This document shows positions 1-12,357 of a stretch of DNA of 64,000 nt, in pieces. The position numbers were made by a program, and so were the translations under genes. This stretch comes from Eledone cirrhosa (Eukaryota). How positions within the stretch are numbered: the stretch's first letter is position 1; each line of letters opens with the position of its first letter. The stretch lies in contig OZ024752.1 in assembly GCA_964016885.1 (NCBI GenBank), forward strand, positions 49,724,001-49,788,000, written 5' to 3'. The notes under the pieces were generated by a model. It was not told the DNA's origin. It made no database searches and saw only the letters and a program-made list of their open reading frames with translations.

Positions 1-296
1 AGAGGGAGAGAGAGAGACAGTAACATAGTATAAGTGGAGGGAGAGGAGAAGGGACAGACACTACAGAAAGAGAGGGGGTGGGAGGAGAGTGAGAGAGGGA
101 GAGAGGTGTAGAGAAAGATGCGAGAGGGGCGAGTGAGAGAGTAAAAAGGGATGCGAGAGAGAGAGAGAAAGAGAGAGAGAGGTAGAGAAAGCGCAGCAAA
201 CAAACAGAGGCTGAGAGATAGATAGAGAGACAGATAGAGAGAGAGAGAGAGATAGATAGGTAGATAGAGAGGGGGGGTGAGATAGATAGATAGATA

Positions 297-327
<31 letters not shown>

Positions 328-529
328 GAGGGGGTAGTTAGATAATAACAGAGATAAAAATACTGAAATGATGAAAATGTTTTTTTCCAGGGAAATTCTA
401 GGTAGTCATCTAGTATATATATATTTAGTAACACATATACATATTTTTTTAATCGATCGACTTTCGTCAAATCGGACCGAGGAAACAATGTTTCCGTTGG
501 TCTTTCCAATTGCTAGTACTATCTATCGG

Positions 530-615
530 TCGCAACTCCAGGTAGAAGGAGCAACGTGAAATAAAGTGTCTTGCTCAAGGACATAACGCATCGCCCGGTC
601 CAGGAATCGAACTCA
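530..615 (-). mobile_element. Partial CORE-type SINE (family 2) fragment
   Basis: GAGCAACGTGAAATAAAGTGTCTTGCTCAAGGA...GGAATCGAACTC matches the full copies at 15445-15783 and 23623-23970. Confidence 0.75.
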
Positions 616-653
616 CATATACATATATATGTGTATATATATGTATATATCCA

Positions 654-838
654 GAAATAGCCGTCGAAACGGCTTGAGCTCTGCCGTCGGGGTCACACTT
701 TTTCCTGTTTCCCACTCTACTACCCTAAGATGGACCATAACGTACCAGAGTACTCAATACTTAGGGTAGTAGAGTGGGAAATAAGAAATAGCCGTCGAAA
801 CGGCTTGAGCTCTGCCGTCGGGGTCTTACTTTTTCCTA
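654..838. mobile_element. Short palindromic element (family C), rearranged double copy
   Basis: Core AGCCGTCGAAACGGCTTGAGCTCTGCCGTCGGGGTC occurs twice, with CCCACTCTACTACCCTAAG and its reverse complement between them. The same sequence recurs at 46648, 49501, 52362 and 54990. Confidence 0.7.
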
Positions 839-909
839 TATATATATATATATATATATATTATTCAAAATAATAATAAATGAAGACATTCACATAATCA
901 AAATATATG

Positions 910-971
910 TTTTATTATATATATTTTGAAGGTACTGTGCTGTTTTTTCAGTACGTCCTCATCAGATAAAA
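910..971 (-). ncRNA. Degenerate type I hammerhead ribozyme motif (family B)
   Basis: Minus strand: TTTTAT-CTGATGA-GGACGTACTG..CAGTACCTTC-AAAA-TATATA-TA-ATAAAA. Stems I and II pair; the conserved GAAA reads AAAA. Confidence 0.5.
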
Positions 972-1123
972 TACATGAATTGATGTATGACATACCACAA
1001 CTGTCTTGATAGTTCAATTCCAGTATTGGCAGTCAATGTAGAGTGCTTTTAATCTATTGTAAAACTATATTCATTGAGTAATCAATGAACGATATTAATC
1101 TTTGGTTATATATATATATATAT

Positions 1124-1176
1124 GGGCTTCCTGATGATTTCTCCCAAATGAAACAGTTCTAGTCCTGTATAAGCCT
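1124..1176 (+). ncRNA. Type I hammerhead ribozyme motif (family A, copy 1)
   Basis: GGCTTC-CTGATGA-TTTCTCCCAAAT-GAA-ACAG-TTCTAGTC-CTGT-A-TAAGCC: conserved core, stem III, GUA site. One mismatch at the base of stem I. Confidence 0.7.
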
Positions 1177-1344
1177 TTCCTATATTAAATATATATACTC
1201 TGCTTTGTATTGAGTACCTTACTTACTGTGGTTACCTCCGATTGAACCTGGGATAAAGAAATATTAGTGGCATATGCTTTATAAAATGGCGGTGGTGTTA
1301 ATGGTATCGGAGGTGGTGGTAGGGGGGGGTAGTGATGGTGGTAG

Positions 1345-1366
1345 TGGTGTTAATAGTATATAGTTA

Positions 1367-1419
<53 letters not shown>

Positions 1420-1488
1420 TTAATAGTATATAGTTATAGTAATAGTAGTAGTAGTAGTAGTAGTAGTAGTGTTAATAGTATATAGTTA

Positions 1489-1529
<41 letters not shown>

Positions 1530-1546
1530 TTAATAGTATATAGTTA

Positions 1547-1593
<47 letters not shown>

Positions 1594-1610
1594 TTAATAG
1601 TATATAGTTA

Positions 1611-1669
<59 letters not shown>

Positions 1670-1692
1670 TTAATAGTATATAGTTATACTAA

Positions 1693-1724
<32 letters not shown>

Positions 1725-1768
1725 TATAGTTATAGTGGTGGTGGTGGTAGTAGTAGTAGTGGTGGTGG
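1345..1768. repeat. (TAG)n microsatellite with a recurring GTGTTAATAGTATATAGTTATA interruption
   Basis: About 6 higher-order units of interruption plus a variable TAG run. Confidence 0.9.
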
Positions 1769-1819
1769 TTTCAATATTTGGAGCAGAGGATGTTGAACCA
1801 GATGTTTGATGTCCTCACT

Positions 1820-2210
1820 GGTGTTGTTGTTGTTGTTGTTGTCTTGTCCTCAGTGTTGTTGTTGTTGTCTTGTGATGTTGTTGTTGTTGTTGTTGTCTTG
1901 TCCTCAGTGTTGTTGATTCCTTGTGATGTTGTTGTTGTTGTTGTTGTTGTTGATGATATTGTTGTTGTTGTTGTTGTTGTTGTTGCTGTCAATGTCACTG
2001 CTGTTGTCACTGTTGTTGTTGTTGATGTCATTATTGTCCTTGTGGTCTTTGTCACTGTTGTTGTTGTTGTTGTTGTCGTTGTTATTGTTGGTTTTGTATG
2101 TTGTTGTTGTTATTGTTGTTGTCAGTGTTGTTGTTATTGTTGGTTTTGTTGTTGTTATTGTTATTGTTGTTGTTATTGTTGTCAGTGTTGTTGTTATTGT
2201 TGTTGTTGTT
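1820..2210. repeat. Degenerate (GTT)n low-complexity tract
   Basis: Direct inspection. Confidence 0.9.
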
Positions 2211-2614
2211 TTAGTTCTTGAAAGAAAGAATGTTGATGGACCGACGCCTCCCCCCCTCCCGCCCTCCCCCCCCCCCCCCCTCTCACTCCCTCCCACCACT
2301 CCCATCTGAAAAAATTAAAAGACACGAGAAGAAAAGAAAATGAAAATATAAAGAAAGAATTTTTTTTTTTTTAAATATATTTAAAAATTGAGAAAGTTTG
2401 GTGGGTGGAGGTGGGGGGTGGGGGAAAGTTGATTTCAAGGGAAACTAATGTAACTACATGATAAAGGGAGAGGGGGAGAGTGAGGAGGTGGAGGAGGAGA
2501 CCAACACTAGCACCCACACTACCACTGTCACAATCTGCCAACATACCACCACCTTACCACACTCCACACTAACCAGATCTCTGTCTTCTAGAGATCAGTC
2601 AAAAAATGTACAGC

Positions 2615-3277
2615 AACCACCTCCACTACCATCGCTACCATCACCACCACCACCACCACCTCCACTACCATCACTGCTACCATCACCACCATTACCACCC
2701 CACTACCATCACTGTTACCATCACCACCATTACCACCCCCTCTACCATCGCTACCATCACTGCTACCATCACCACCATTACCATCACCGCTACCATCACC
2801 ACCATGGTGGTGGTGAAGGTGATGGTAGAGGTGTTGGTGGTGGTGGTGGTGGTGGTGGTGGAGGTGATGATAGAGGTGTTGGTGGTGGTGGTGGTGGTGG
2901 TGGAGGTGATGGTAGAGGTGTTGGTGGTGGTGGTGGTGATGTGGTGGTAATGATGATGGTGATGTTGATGGTGATGATAGTGGTGGTGGTGTTGGTGGTG
3001 GTGGTGTCGGTGGTGGTGGTGGTGGTGGTGATGTTGTGGTGGTGATGATGATGGTGATGATGATGTTGATGGTGATGATGGCGGTGTTGGTGGTGGTGGT
3101 GGTGGTGGTGGTGTGGTGGTGGTGGTGATGGTGGTGGTGGTGATGTTGTGTTGGTGGTGATGATGATGGTGATGATGATGGTGATGGTGATGATGGTGAT
3201 GGTGGTGGTGGTGGTGGTGGTGGTGGTGGTGGTGGTGATGATGGTGATGATGATGATGGTGATGATGGTGGTGGTGA
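2615..3277. repeat. (CAC/CAT)n switching to (GGT/GAT)n low-complexity tract
   Basis: Strand polarity flips at CACCACCATGGTGGTG near 2805. Confidence 0.85.
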
Positions 3278-3740
3278 TTTTTGAAGCTAGCAATGTTAAT
3301 GATGATCCAATGGAAATGATGATTGTAAGCCATGTTATTATTAGACTATTTTCTATAGATCGTTCCTCGAGCTGATCGACAGTGAAACATATGTAATACA
3401 TAATTAAATATGTATATGATGTAACACTGATTCTTTGTTCCCTTATATATTAATACTATATATATATAGTATGACGGTGGACGATATAGACCTGTAGGGT
3501 CAGAAACCCCAGAAAGAGGATATGCTCCAAAATCAATAGACATGTCCGAGGAACCTGCGAGTCTAGAGTCAGGTAGATCCACACACGGATCGCACCTCAA
3601 GCTGTTCACCGGGGAAACAATTGTAACACACAATAAATTGAGTTCCGATGCATCACTGGTTTTTCGTTTTCCATTCTATCATAGGAGCATAGAGTGCTTA
3701 ACTGGCTTACCGCCTATGGAAGTATCTTAGCTACCATTAG

Positions 3741-3787
<47 letters not shown>

Positions 3788-3791
<4 letters not shown>

Positions 3792-3932
3792 AAGGGCATC
3801 CAGCTGTAATTTATAGTCTTTGCCAAAGCAAGGTGCGACACATGGCCAGCCCTGGCCAGATTTGCCTCTTGGCATGAACAACCTCTCTAACCCATGCTAG
3901 CGTGGAAAAATGGACGTTAAACGACGATGATG
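3788..3932 (+). mobile_element. RTE-type 3' tail fragment ending in (GAT)n
   Basis: TAGGAAGGGCATCCAGCTGT...CTAACCCATGCTAGCGTGGAAAAATGGACGTTAAACGACGATGAT, homologous to 36156-36320. Confidence 0.75.
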
Positions 3933-3979
3933 ATATACATATATACACATACATATATATTATATGTACACATGCATAT

Positions 3980-4512
3980 ATAGACAATATGCCCCCACTC
4001 CCTCCCACTGCAAAGTGGTTGTGGAGGTGTCACGACAAAAAAGCACCCAGCACACACTGTAAAGTGGTCGTGTAGGCACCACGGTAAAAAAAAGCACCCA
4101 GCCCACACTGTAAAGTGGTCGTGTAGGCACCACGGTAAAAAAAAGCACCCAGCCCACACTGTAAAGTGGTCGTGTAGGCACCACGGTAAAAAAAAGCACC
4201 CAGCCCACACTGTAAAGTGGTCGTGTAGGCACCACGGTAAAAAAAAGCACCCAGCCCACACTGTAAAGTGGTCGTGTAGGCGCCACGGTAAAAGCAGCAC
4301 CCAGCCCACACTGTAAAGTGGTCGTGTAGGCACCACGGTAAAAAAAAGCACCCAGCCCACACTGTAAAGTGGTCGTGTAGGCGCCACGGTAAAAGCAGCA
4401 CCCAGCCCACACTATAAAGTGGTCGTGTAGGCACCACGGTAAAAAAAGCACCCAGCCCACGCTGTAAAGTGGTCGTGTAGACACCACGGTAAAAAAAAAC
4501 ACCCAGCCCACA
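3980..4512 (+). repeat. 51-bp minisatellite (~9 copies) derived from an RTE LINE 3' UTR
   Basis: Unit A8-GCACCCAGCCCACACTGTAAAGTGGTCGTGTAGGCACCACGGT. The lead-in and unit match 36013-36135. Confidence 0.9.
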
Positions 4513-5015
4513 TTGTGTGCATGTTTATGTGTGTGTGTTTATGTGTGTGTGCATGTGTTTGTGTGTGCTTTTGTGTGTGTTTATATGTGCGTGTTTTTAT
4601 GTGTGTGCGCGTTTATGTGTGTGTGTGTTTATATATGTATGTGTGTATTATAAAATGTTGAGGTCATTCAATATAACCATTGGTTAATAGCCAGTTCACA
4701 TTACATGTACTGAAACAACAGTTTATTATTGAAAGACTACAAAAATAAGTGAAAGAATTTTCTGTCAAAAATAATCACATCTAAGAGCACTGAATTAGAT
4801 GTTTATCATTAAGAATTTATGTAAATTAGATACATTATTACTGTTTTATTTCAAAATATCTAGAATGTGTCTCTCCAAGTGTTTGCTGCATAAAATGCTG
4901 TAATTCTATAAGGCCGGTTGTTTTATTATTATTGTTATTATTATTGTATTGTTCCCTACATGTCAGCCTTGTGGCTAATAAATGAAATCATTATCATTAC
5001 TGTTATTACTATTAC

Positions 5016-5064
<49 letters not shown>

Positions 5065-5479
5065 CATGAATAATTAAATATCTTTTTGTCAGACATTGAA
5101 GTTATTCAGAATAAAATTCTGGTGTATTAAATTCCACAGAAAGACACTCGTTCTGAATTGTCTTCAGAATATGAGATTATATGAGAATATATGAGACTAT
5201 ATGAGACTATATGAGACTTGTAAATAAACCTTTGATTATATTTTCAGAATTTATTCTTTGTGTACGAAATCAACAATCTGGTTTTGATTTTCAGTTTACA
5301 AAGTATTTGCAGCTATTGAACTATTTTAGACGTAATGCTACTAGGTAGGATATTCATGAATGCCATTACTTCCCAATTAATTTCTTTTATAATTTCAGGA
5401 TTTTTATTTATTTTATCCTTTTCATATCTGTCTAACCCATGCTAGTATGGAAAATGGACGTTAAATGATGATGATCATG

Positions 5480-6525
5480 CGTAGGGAGGTAACACTAGGG
5501 CCAAGGACATTAGAAGTTTCCACGCTTATTTGTAGCCAACTCTGTGTCAATGGTGGTTAATAGGGAGGTGGTCCTAGGGCCAAGGACACCAGAAGTCTCC
5601 ACTGCTGTGGGGAGCCAACTGTGTGCCAATGGTGGTTAGTAGGGAGGTGGTCCTAGGGCCAAGGACACCAGAAGTCTCCACTGCTGTGGGTAGCCAACTG
5701 TGTGCCAATGGTGGTGAGTAGGGAGGTGGTCCTAGGGCCAAGGACACCAGAAGTCTCCACTGCTGTGGGGAGCTAACTGTGTGCCAATGGTGGTGAGTAG
5801 GGAGGTGGTCCTAGGGCCAAGGACACCAGAAGTCTCCACTACTGTGGGTAGCCAACTGTGTGCCAATGGTGGTGAGTAGGGAGGTGGTCCTAGGGCCAAG
5901 GACACCAGAAGTCTCCACTGCTGTGGGTAGCCAACTGTGTGCCAATGGTGGTGAGTAGGGAGGTGGTCCTAGGGCCAAGGACACCAGAAGTCTCCACTGC
6001 TGTGGGTAGCCAACTGTGTGCCAATGGTGGTGAGTAGGGAGGTGGTCCTAGGGCCAAGGACGTCAGAAGTCTCCACTGCTGTGGGTAGCCAACTGTGTGC
6101 CAATGGTGGTAAGTAGGGAGGTTGTCCTAGGGCCAAGGACGTCAGAAGTCTCCACTGTTGTGGGGAGCCAACTGTGTGCCAATGGTGGTAAGTAGGGAGG
6201 TTGTCCTAGGGCCAAGGACGTCAGAAGTCTCCACTGTTGTGGGGAGCCAACTGTGTGCCAATGGTGGTGAGTAGGGAGGTTGTCCTAGGGCCAAGGACGT
6301 CAGAAGTCTCCACTGTTGTGGGGAGCCAACTGTGTGCCAATGGTGGTTAATAGGGAGGTGGTCCTAGGGCCAAGGACACCAGAAGTCTCGACTGCTATTA
6401 GTGTCCAACTCTGAGCCGATGATGGTTAGTAGGGAGGTGATCCTAGGGCCAAGGACATTAGAAGTCTCCATTGGTATGGGTAGCCAATTCCATGTCAATG
6501 GTGCTGCATAGATAGGTGGTCCTAG
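5480..6525. repeat. 79-bp GC-rich minisatellite, ~13 copies
   Basis: AGGGAGG recurs at 5641 and 5720 (period 79). Edge copies are diverged and central copies homogeneous. Confidence 0.95.
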
Positions 6526-6835
6526 GTGTTTATATTGAAGTCTGTTTTGAATTAGGAAGGAAAATGTTAAGAATTTTTCTTTGGGATTTAGAATCTTCTG
6601 GAAGTTTTGTAGTAAAATTCTGCAAACCAGCTTGAATAATATGGAATCGAATGAAAGTCAGAGAAAGAGAAAACATATAGGGGTAAGGTTGGGTGCAGGG
6701 GGGGGGGGTCAATGTTGAAACAATAACAGACAGACAAAACGTCTATTAGCCTAGAAGCATTATTTTCTTAGGAATTTATAATAATTAAACTTCCAATAAA
6801 AGTTTAAAAAAAAAAAAAAAATTATAATAATAATA

Positions 6836-6874
<39 letters not shown>

Positions 6875-7067
6875 GTTTCTTTATTGGCCACAAGGGCCGA
6901 CATGTAGGGGACAATAGAAAGACAGGGACAGTGGTGGTGGTGGTGTGGGAGGTGGTGTTACAATACGATTGAGTGGAAATGCACAATAACAAAACCAATT
7001 TAACAATGAAGAAATTATAAAAATAATATCATCATCATCATCATCATCATTTTATATATATATATAA

Positions 7068-7099
<32 letters not shown>

Positions 7100-7103
<4 letters not shown>

Positions 7104-7282
7104 TGTTTCTACTTTTGGTACAAGGCCAGCAATTACCCCAGAACATTACTGGTACTTTATTTTATCGACCCCGTAAGGATGAAAGGCAAAGTTAACCTCG
7201 GCGGGATTTGAACTCAGAATGGCAAGGGCCGTAACTCTATGCGTCAAAGCATGGCGTCCGACCCTCTACCGAATCTGCCATA
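7100..7282 (-). mobile_element. tRNA-derived SINE family 1
   Basis: Reverse complement has a B-box (GAGTTCAAATCCC), the central CTTTGCCTTTCATCCTTACGGGGTCGATAAAATAAAGTACCAG and an (ATT)n tail. Confidence 0.85.
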
Positions 7283-7496
7283 GTAATAATGATGATGATT
7301 ATGAAATGAAGATGTTTTGTTGTTGTTGTAGTTGTTTGTTTGTTTGGATGTTTTTGTTGTCCATTGTTTATTGTTGTTGTTATACCATTGTCGATTGTGT
7401 TGTGTTGTTTGTGTTGTTGTTGTTTTTAAGTACATAAAAATTAAAGTTACCTTCTGGGCTTTTAATTAATTGACAATAATCTGGGCCATGGAATCG

Positions 7497-8854
7497 AGAG
7501 GAGAGACAGGTGAGTGGTAGAGAGAGGAGAGACAGGTGAGTGGTAGAGAGAGGAGAGACAGGTAAGTGGTAGAGAGAGGAGAGACAGGTGAGTGGTAGAG
7601 AGAGGAGAGACAGGTGAGTGGTAGAGAGAGGAGAGACAGGTAAGTGGTAGAGAGAGGAGAGACAGGTGAGTGGTAGAGAGAGGAGAGACAGGTGAGTGGT
7701 AGAGAGCGGAGAGACAGGTAAGTGGTAGAGAGAGGAGAGACAGGTGAGTGGTAGAGAGAGGAGAGACAGGTGAGTGGTAGAGAGAGGAGAGACAGGTGAG
7801 TGGTAGAGAGCGGAGAGACAGGTGAGTGGTAGAGAGAGGAGAGACAGGTGAGTGGTAGAGAGAGGAGAGACAGGTAAGTGGTAGAGAGCGGAGAGACAGG
7901 TGAGTGGTAGAGAGAGGAGAGACAGGTGAGTGGTAGAGAGAGGAGAGACAGGTGAGTGGTAGAGAGAGGAGAGACAGGTGAGTGGTAGAGAGCGGAGAGA
8001 CAGGTGAGTGGTAGAGAGAGGAGAGACAGGTAAGTGGTAGAGAGAGGAGAGACAGGTGAGTGGTAGAGAGCGGAGAGACAGGTGAGTGGTAGAGAGAGGA
8101 GAGACAGGTGAGTGGTAGAGAGAGGAGAGACAGGTGAGTGGTAGAGAGCGGAGAGACAGGTAAGTGGTAGAGAGAGGAGAGACAGGTGAGTGGTAGAGAG
8201 AGGAGAGACAGGTGAGTGGTAGAGAGCGGAGAGACAGGTAAGTGGTAGAGAGAGGAGAGACAGGTGAGTGGTAGAGAGCGGAGAGACAGGTAAGTGGTAG
8301 AGAGAGGAGAGACAGGTAAGTGGTAGAGAGAGGAGAGACAGGTGAGTGGTAGAGAGAGGAGAGACAGGTGAGTGGTAGAGAGAGGAGAGACAGGTGAGTG
8401 GTAGAGAGAGGAGAGACAGGTAAGTGGTAGAGAGAGGAGAGACAGGTGAGTGGTAGAGAGAGGAGAGACAGGTGAGTGGTAGAGAGAGGAGAGACAGGTG
8501 AGTGGTAGAGAGCGGAGAGACAGGTAAGTGGTAGAGAGAGGAGAGACAGGTGAGTGGTAGAGAGCGGAGAGACAGGTAAGTGGTAGAGAGAGGAGAGACA
8601 GGTGAGTGGTAGAGAGAGGAGAGACAGGTGAGTGGTAGAGAGAGGAGAGACAGGTGAGTGGTAGAGAGCGGAGAGACAGGTAAGTGGTAGAGAGAGGAGA
8701 GACAGGTGAGTGGTAGAGAGCGGAGAGACAGGTAAGTGGTAGAGAGAGGAGAGACAGGTGAGTGGTAGAGAGAGGAGAGACAGGTAAGTGGTAGAGAGAG
8801 GAGAGACAGGTGAGTGGTAGAGAGCGGAGAGACAGGTGAGTGGTAGAGAGAGAG
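7497..8854. repeat. 26-bp minisatellite, 52 copies (GAGAGMGGAGAGACAGGTRAGTGGTA)
   Basis: ACAGG at 7506 and 7532 gives period 26. Only two positions vary. Confidence 0.95.
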
Positions 8855-9593
8855 ATGAAGACTCCGGCTAGATAATTCAGGAAGAGGAATTTAACAAAAA
8901 AAAAATGGAGGAGGAGAAGGAGGGAGAGGAGAATGGGGGGGGGAGGAAGAGGGGGAAGTAGGAGACTCGGGAAGACTTCAGAGCTGAAAGAGAGAATGGT
9001 GAGGAAAGTGAGAGAGCTCTCTCTCTCTATATATGATATAGATATCCCAGTAGGTACTAGGTACCCATGGAAATATATATGGTGTCTATAATAGTGGTTG
9101 TTCTATGGTACTAATTTGAGATACCAGAACTGTAAATATGAGCGGAACAAGTAAACATTAAACAATCTTTTAAATAAGTTAAAATACGATTTAAATATTT
9201 ACCTCTTCTAGTACCATGACCGACGGTTTCGCTTATCAAAAGATTGGAAATTCAGAGAATTTCCAATGGAATCCAATTGAATTCATATGATTCCAGTTCC
9301 TCAGAGAAATAACAACCTAACCAGGAACTGGACATATCAGAGTATTGACAATATTATACACCTCAACAACATATGTACTTGTCTCTACCACACTAATTCG
9401 GACTGCCTGAAGAGTTCACAGCCAAAGATGGCTGTCACTGAATATAGCAGTAATAAACGAAGCTAAATTTTAAACATTTGACTTCTTATTTAACTTTATT
9501 TTACATTACTCCGGAGTAACCAAACCAACCTGCGTACTTCGTCGAGTGCTCCAGCCTGCATACTGAGGTGTTGGTATACAACCAACATATACT

Positions 9594-9624
<31 letters not shown>

Positions 9625-9764
9625 GATGTATATATATATAGATGTATATATATATATATACAGACAGAGAGAGAGAGAGAGCGAGTGCAAGAGAAGAAAG
9701 ATAAAACGGTCTGTAGGGGAGGGGGGATTAGTTTAGAAATGCTGGCATTATTGAGTATGGTTTG

Positions 9765-10120
9765 GTAGTGGTTTGGTGAATAGTTCAGTGGTATTTTGGT
9801 GGTTGATCAGTGGTGGTTTGGTAGTGGTTTAGTGGTGGTTTGGTCATAGTTCAATTTGGTGATGTTTTGGGTGATGGTTTGGTGGTGGTTTGGTTATGGT
9901 TTGGTGGTCGTTTGGTGATGGTTTGGTGGTCGTTTGGTGATGGTTTGGTCATAGTTCAATTTGGTGATGTTTTTGGTGATGGTTTGGTCGTGGTTTGGTT
10001 ATGGTTTGGTGGTCGTTTGGTGGTGGTTTGGTCATAGTTCAATTTGGTGGTGGTTTGGTGGTGGTATGGTGGTGGTTTGGTGGTGGTTTGGTCATAGTTC
10101 AATTTGGTGGTGGTTTGGTG
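9765..10120. repeat. GGTGGTTT-based degenerate repeat
   Basis: Recurrent GGTCATAGTTCAATTTGGTG in a GGT/TTT background. Confidence 0.8.
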
Positions 10121-10639
10121 AGGAAACCATTGGGAAGAATGGGACAATAGTAAGCTATATAAATAGGTGATGGGTGTATAAAAAAGAGAGCTATAGAAGT
10201 GGAGTGGAGGGGGGGGGGGGATTAAAGAGCTGCCAGGTTTAGAACAAAAGGGAAACCTGCTTGTGGTAGAATTGAAAGGAATAGGATGGAATGAAGGGAA
10301 GGGGTTGGTGAGGCCAGAAGGGGGAAGAAAAAAGAAGGAGGAGAAGAAGAAGAAGAAGAAGAAGAAGAAGAAGAAGAAGAAGAAAAAAGAAGTAAATAAA
10401 TAAAGAAAGAAAGAAAGAAAGAGAAGGAAGAAAAGGAAGAGAAGGAAGGTGTTATTGGTGGCTAAATATAAACGAATTAAAAGGCAGGAAAGACTTATTT
10501 ATTAAAACATTAGGTGAGACATGATTTTAATAAGAGAACCTAAAAGTCCTGGTATTGAGTTCTTCCCTTCCTCTACCTCACCCCCACACTCCTGCTCCCA
10601 GTACAGCATCACAAATTTTTACTGGAAAAAAAAGGTAAT

Positions 10640-10805
10640 AATTGTTTCTACTTTAGGCACAAGGCCAGCAATTACCCAGTGCATTACTGGTACTTCATTT
10701 TATCGACCCCCGTAAGGATGAAAGGATTTGAACTCAGAATGGCAAGGGCCATAACTCTATACGTCAAAGCATGGCGTCCGACTCTCTATTGATACTGCCA
10801 ATTCA
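10640..10805 (-). mobile_element. SINE family 1 with internal deletion
   Basis: Homologous to 12085-12273 but lacks the GCAAAGTTAACCTCGGCG segment. Confidence 0.85.
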
Positions 10806-11109
10806 ACACACAAAAGGTAATAATAAGGGTATTTCCAGCACTTGGTAGTATGCCTGATGACTAAATTGAGAAGCAAGGGCCATTGGATTGTTTATTGTAT
10901 TTGATTGTCAGAGTTGATTGTCAGAGTTGATTGTTGTTGTTGTTGTTGTCAGTGGTTTTGATTGTTGTTATGTTGAGAGTCAAAGTCATTGATTATAAAG
11001 TTACATTAGACTGCTGTTCTTTCTGGCAATTCTAGCAATGTCTTTTATTTCTTACCTCCATCATGGAAACCCTACAACAATTTTCTAAGAAGGATTATTA
11101 CCCCTTTTT

Positions 11110-11760
11110 TCATTACCATATTTCTAATGAAATATACTACCTATGTCTTTAACCCTTTCATTACCATATTTCTAATGAAATATACTACCTATGTCATTAA
11201 CTCTTTCATTACCATATTTCTAATGAAATATACTACCTATGTCATTAACTCTTTCATTACCATATTTCTAATGAAATATACTACCTATGTCGTTAACTCT
11301 TTCATTACCATATTTCTAATGAAATATACTACCTATGTCATTAACTCTTTCATTACCATATTTCTAATGAAATATACTACCTATGTCTTTAACCCTTTCA
11401 TTACCATATTTCTAATGAAATAAACTACCTATGTCGTTAACTCTTTCATTACCATATTTTTATTGAAATATACTACCTATGTCTTTAACCCTTTCATTAC
11501 CATATTTCTAATGAAATAAACTACCTATGTCGTTAACTCTTTCATTACCATATTTCTAATGAAATATACTACCTATGTCATTAACTCTTTCATTACCATA
11601 TTTCTAATGAAATATACTACCTATGTCATTAACTCTTTCATTACCATATTTCTAATGAAATACAATGCTTATGTCATTAACTCTTTCATTACCATATTTC
11701 TAATGAAATACAATGCTTATGTCATTAACTCTTTCATTACTATATTTCTAATGAAATATG
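11110..11760. repeat. 48-bp minisatellite, ~13 copies
   Basis: 16-aa periodicity in the ORF track (MKYTTYVINSFITIFL). The unit contains TTAACCCTTT/TTAACTCTTT. Confidence 0.95.
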
Positions 11761-11859
11761 TTTCATTTAACCCTTTTCCATTTACATTACTCTATATACA
11801 CTATTATATTTTAACAGTAAAGGCTTTACCTCACATAATATCGAATCTATGAAATTTGA

Positions 11860-12352
11860 CTGCGTCAGTTATTAACTGTCGAGACACTGCATCCTTTAAA
11901 ACCTCCATGGAACAAACTCCCTGCATCAGTTGTTAACTGTCGAGACACTGCATCCTTTAAAACCTCCATGCTTCCTGAGATCACCAAGACGACACCTAAT
12001 ATTCCCCCTCCATACACACGCACACATGTATATCATGACTCATACACTGTTCACTTCCCTGACATTTGTATATTATTCTATGTAGGCACGGTGGATTGGC
12101 AGTATCGGTAGAGGGTCGGACGCCATGCTTTGACGCATAGAGTTACGGCCCTTGCCATTCTGAGTTCAAATCCCACCGAGGTTAACTTTGCCTTTCATGC
12201 TTACGAGGTCGATAGAATAAAGTACCAGTAATGCACTGGGGTAATTGCTGGCCTTGTGCCAAAAGTAGAAACAATTATTCTATGTATTATACATGTACCT
12301 TTGATGAGTTGTAGTGCACCTGAGCACTGTACACAATGATTTCATTATTATC
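11860..12352 (+). mobile_element. CR1-like LINE 3' end interrupted by a SINE
   Basis: Homologous to 37975-38230, with a short internal duplication at the 5' end. Confidence 0.8.
12085..12273 (+). mobile_element. Full-length SINE family 1 with a 13-bp target-site duplication
   Basis: ATTATTCTATGTA at 12072-12084 and 12274-12286; tRNA-like A/B boxes. Confidence 0.9.
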
Positions 12353-12357
12353 ATCAA

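Noticed and set aside
10853-10880. CTGATGA as another hammerhead
   Set aside because: No downstream GAAA and no stem III/UH arrangement.
5480-11760. CRISPR-like appearance of the regular arrays
   Set aside because: Contiguous tandem units without unique spacers, no cas genes, and a eukaryotic context.
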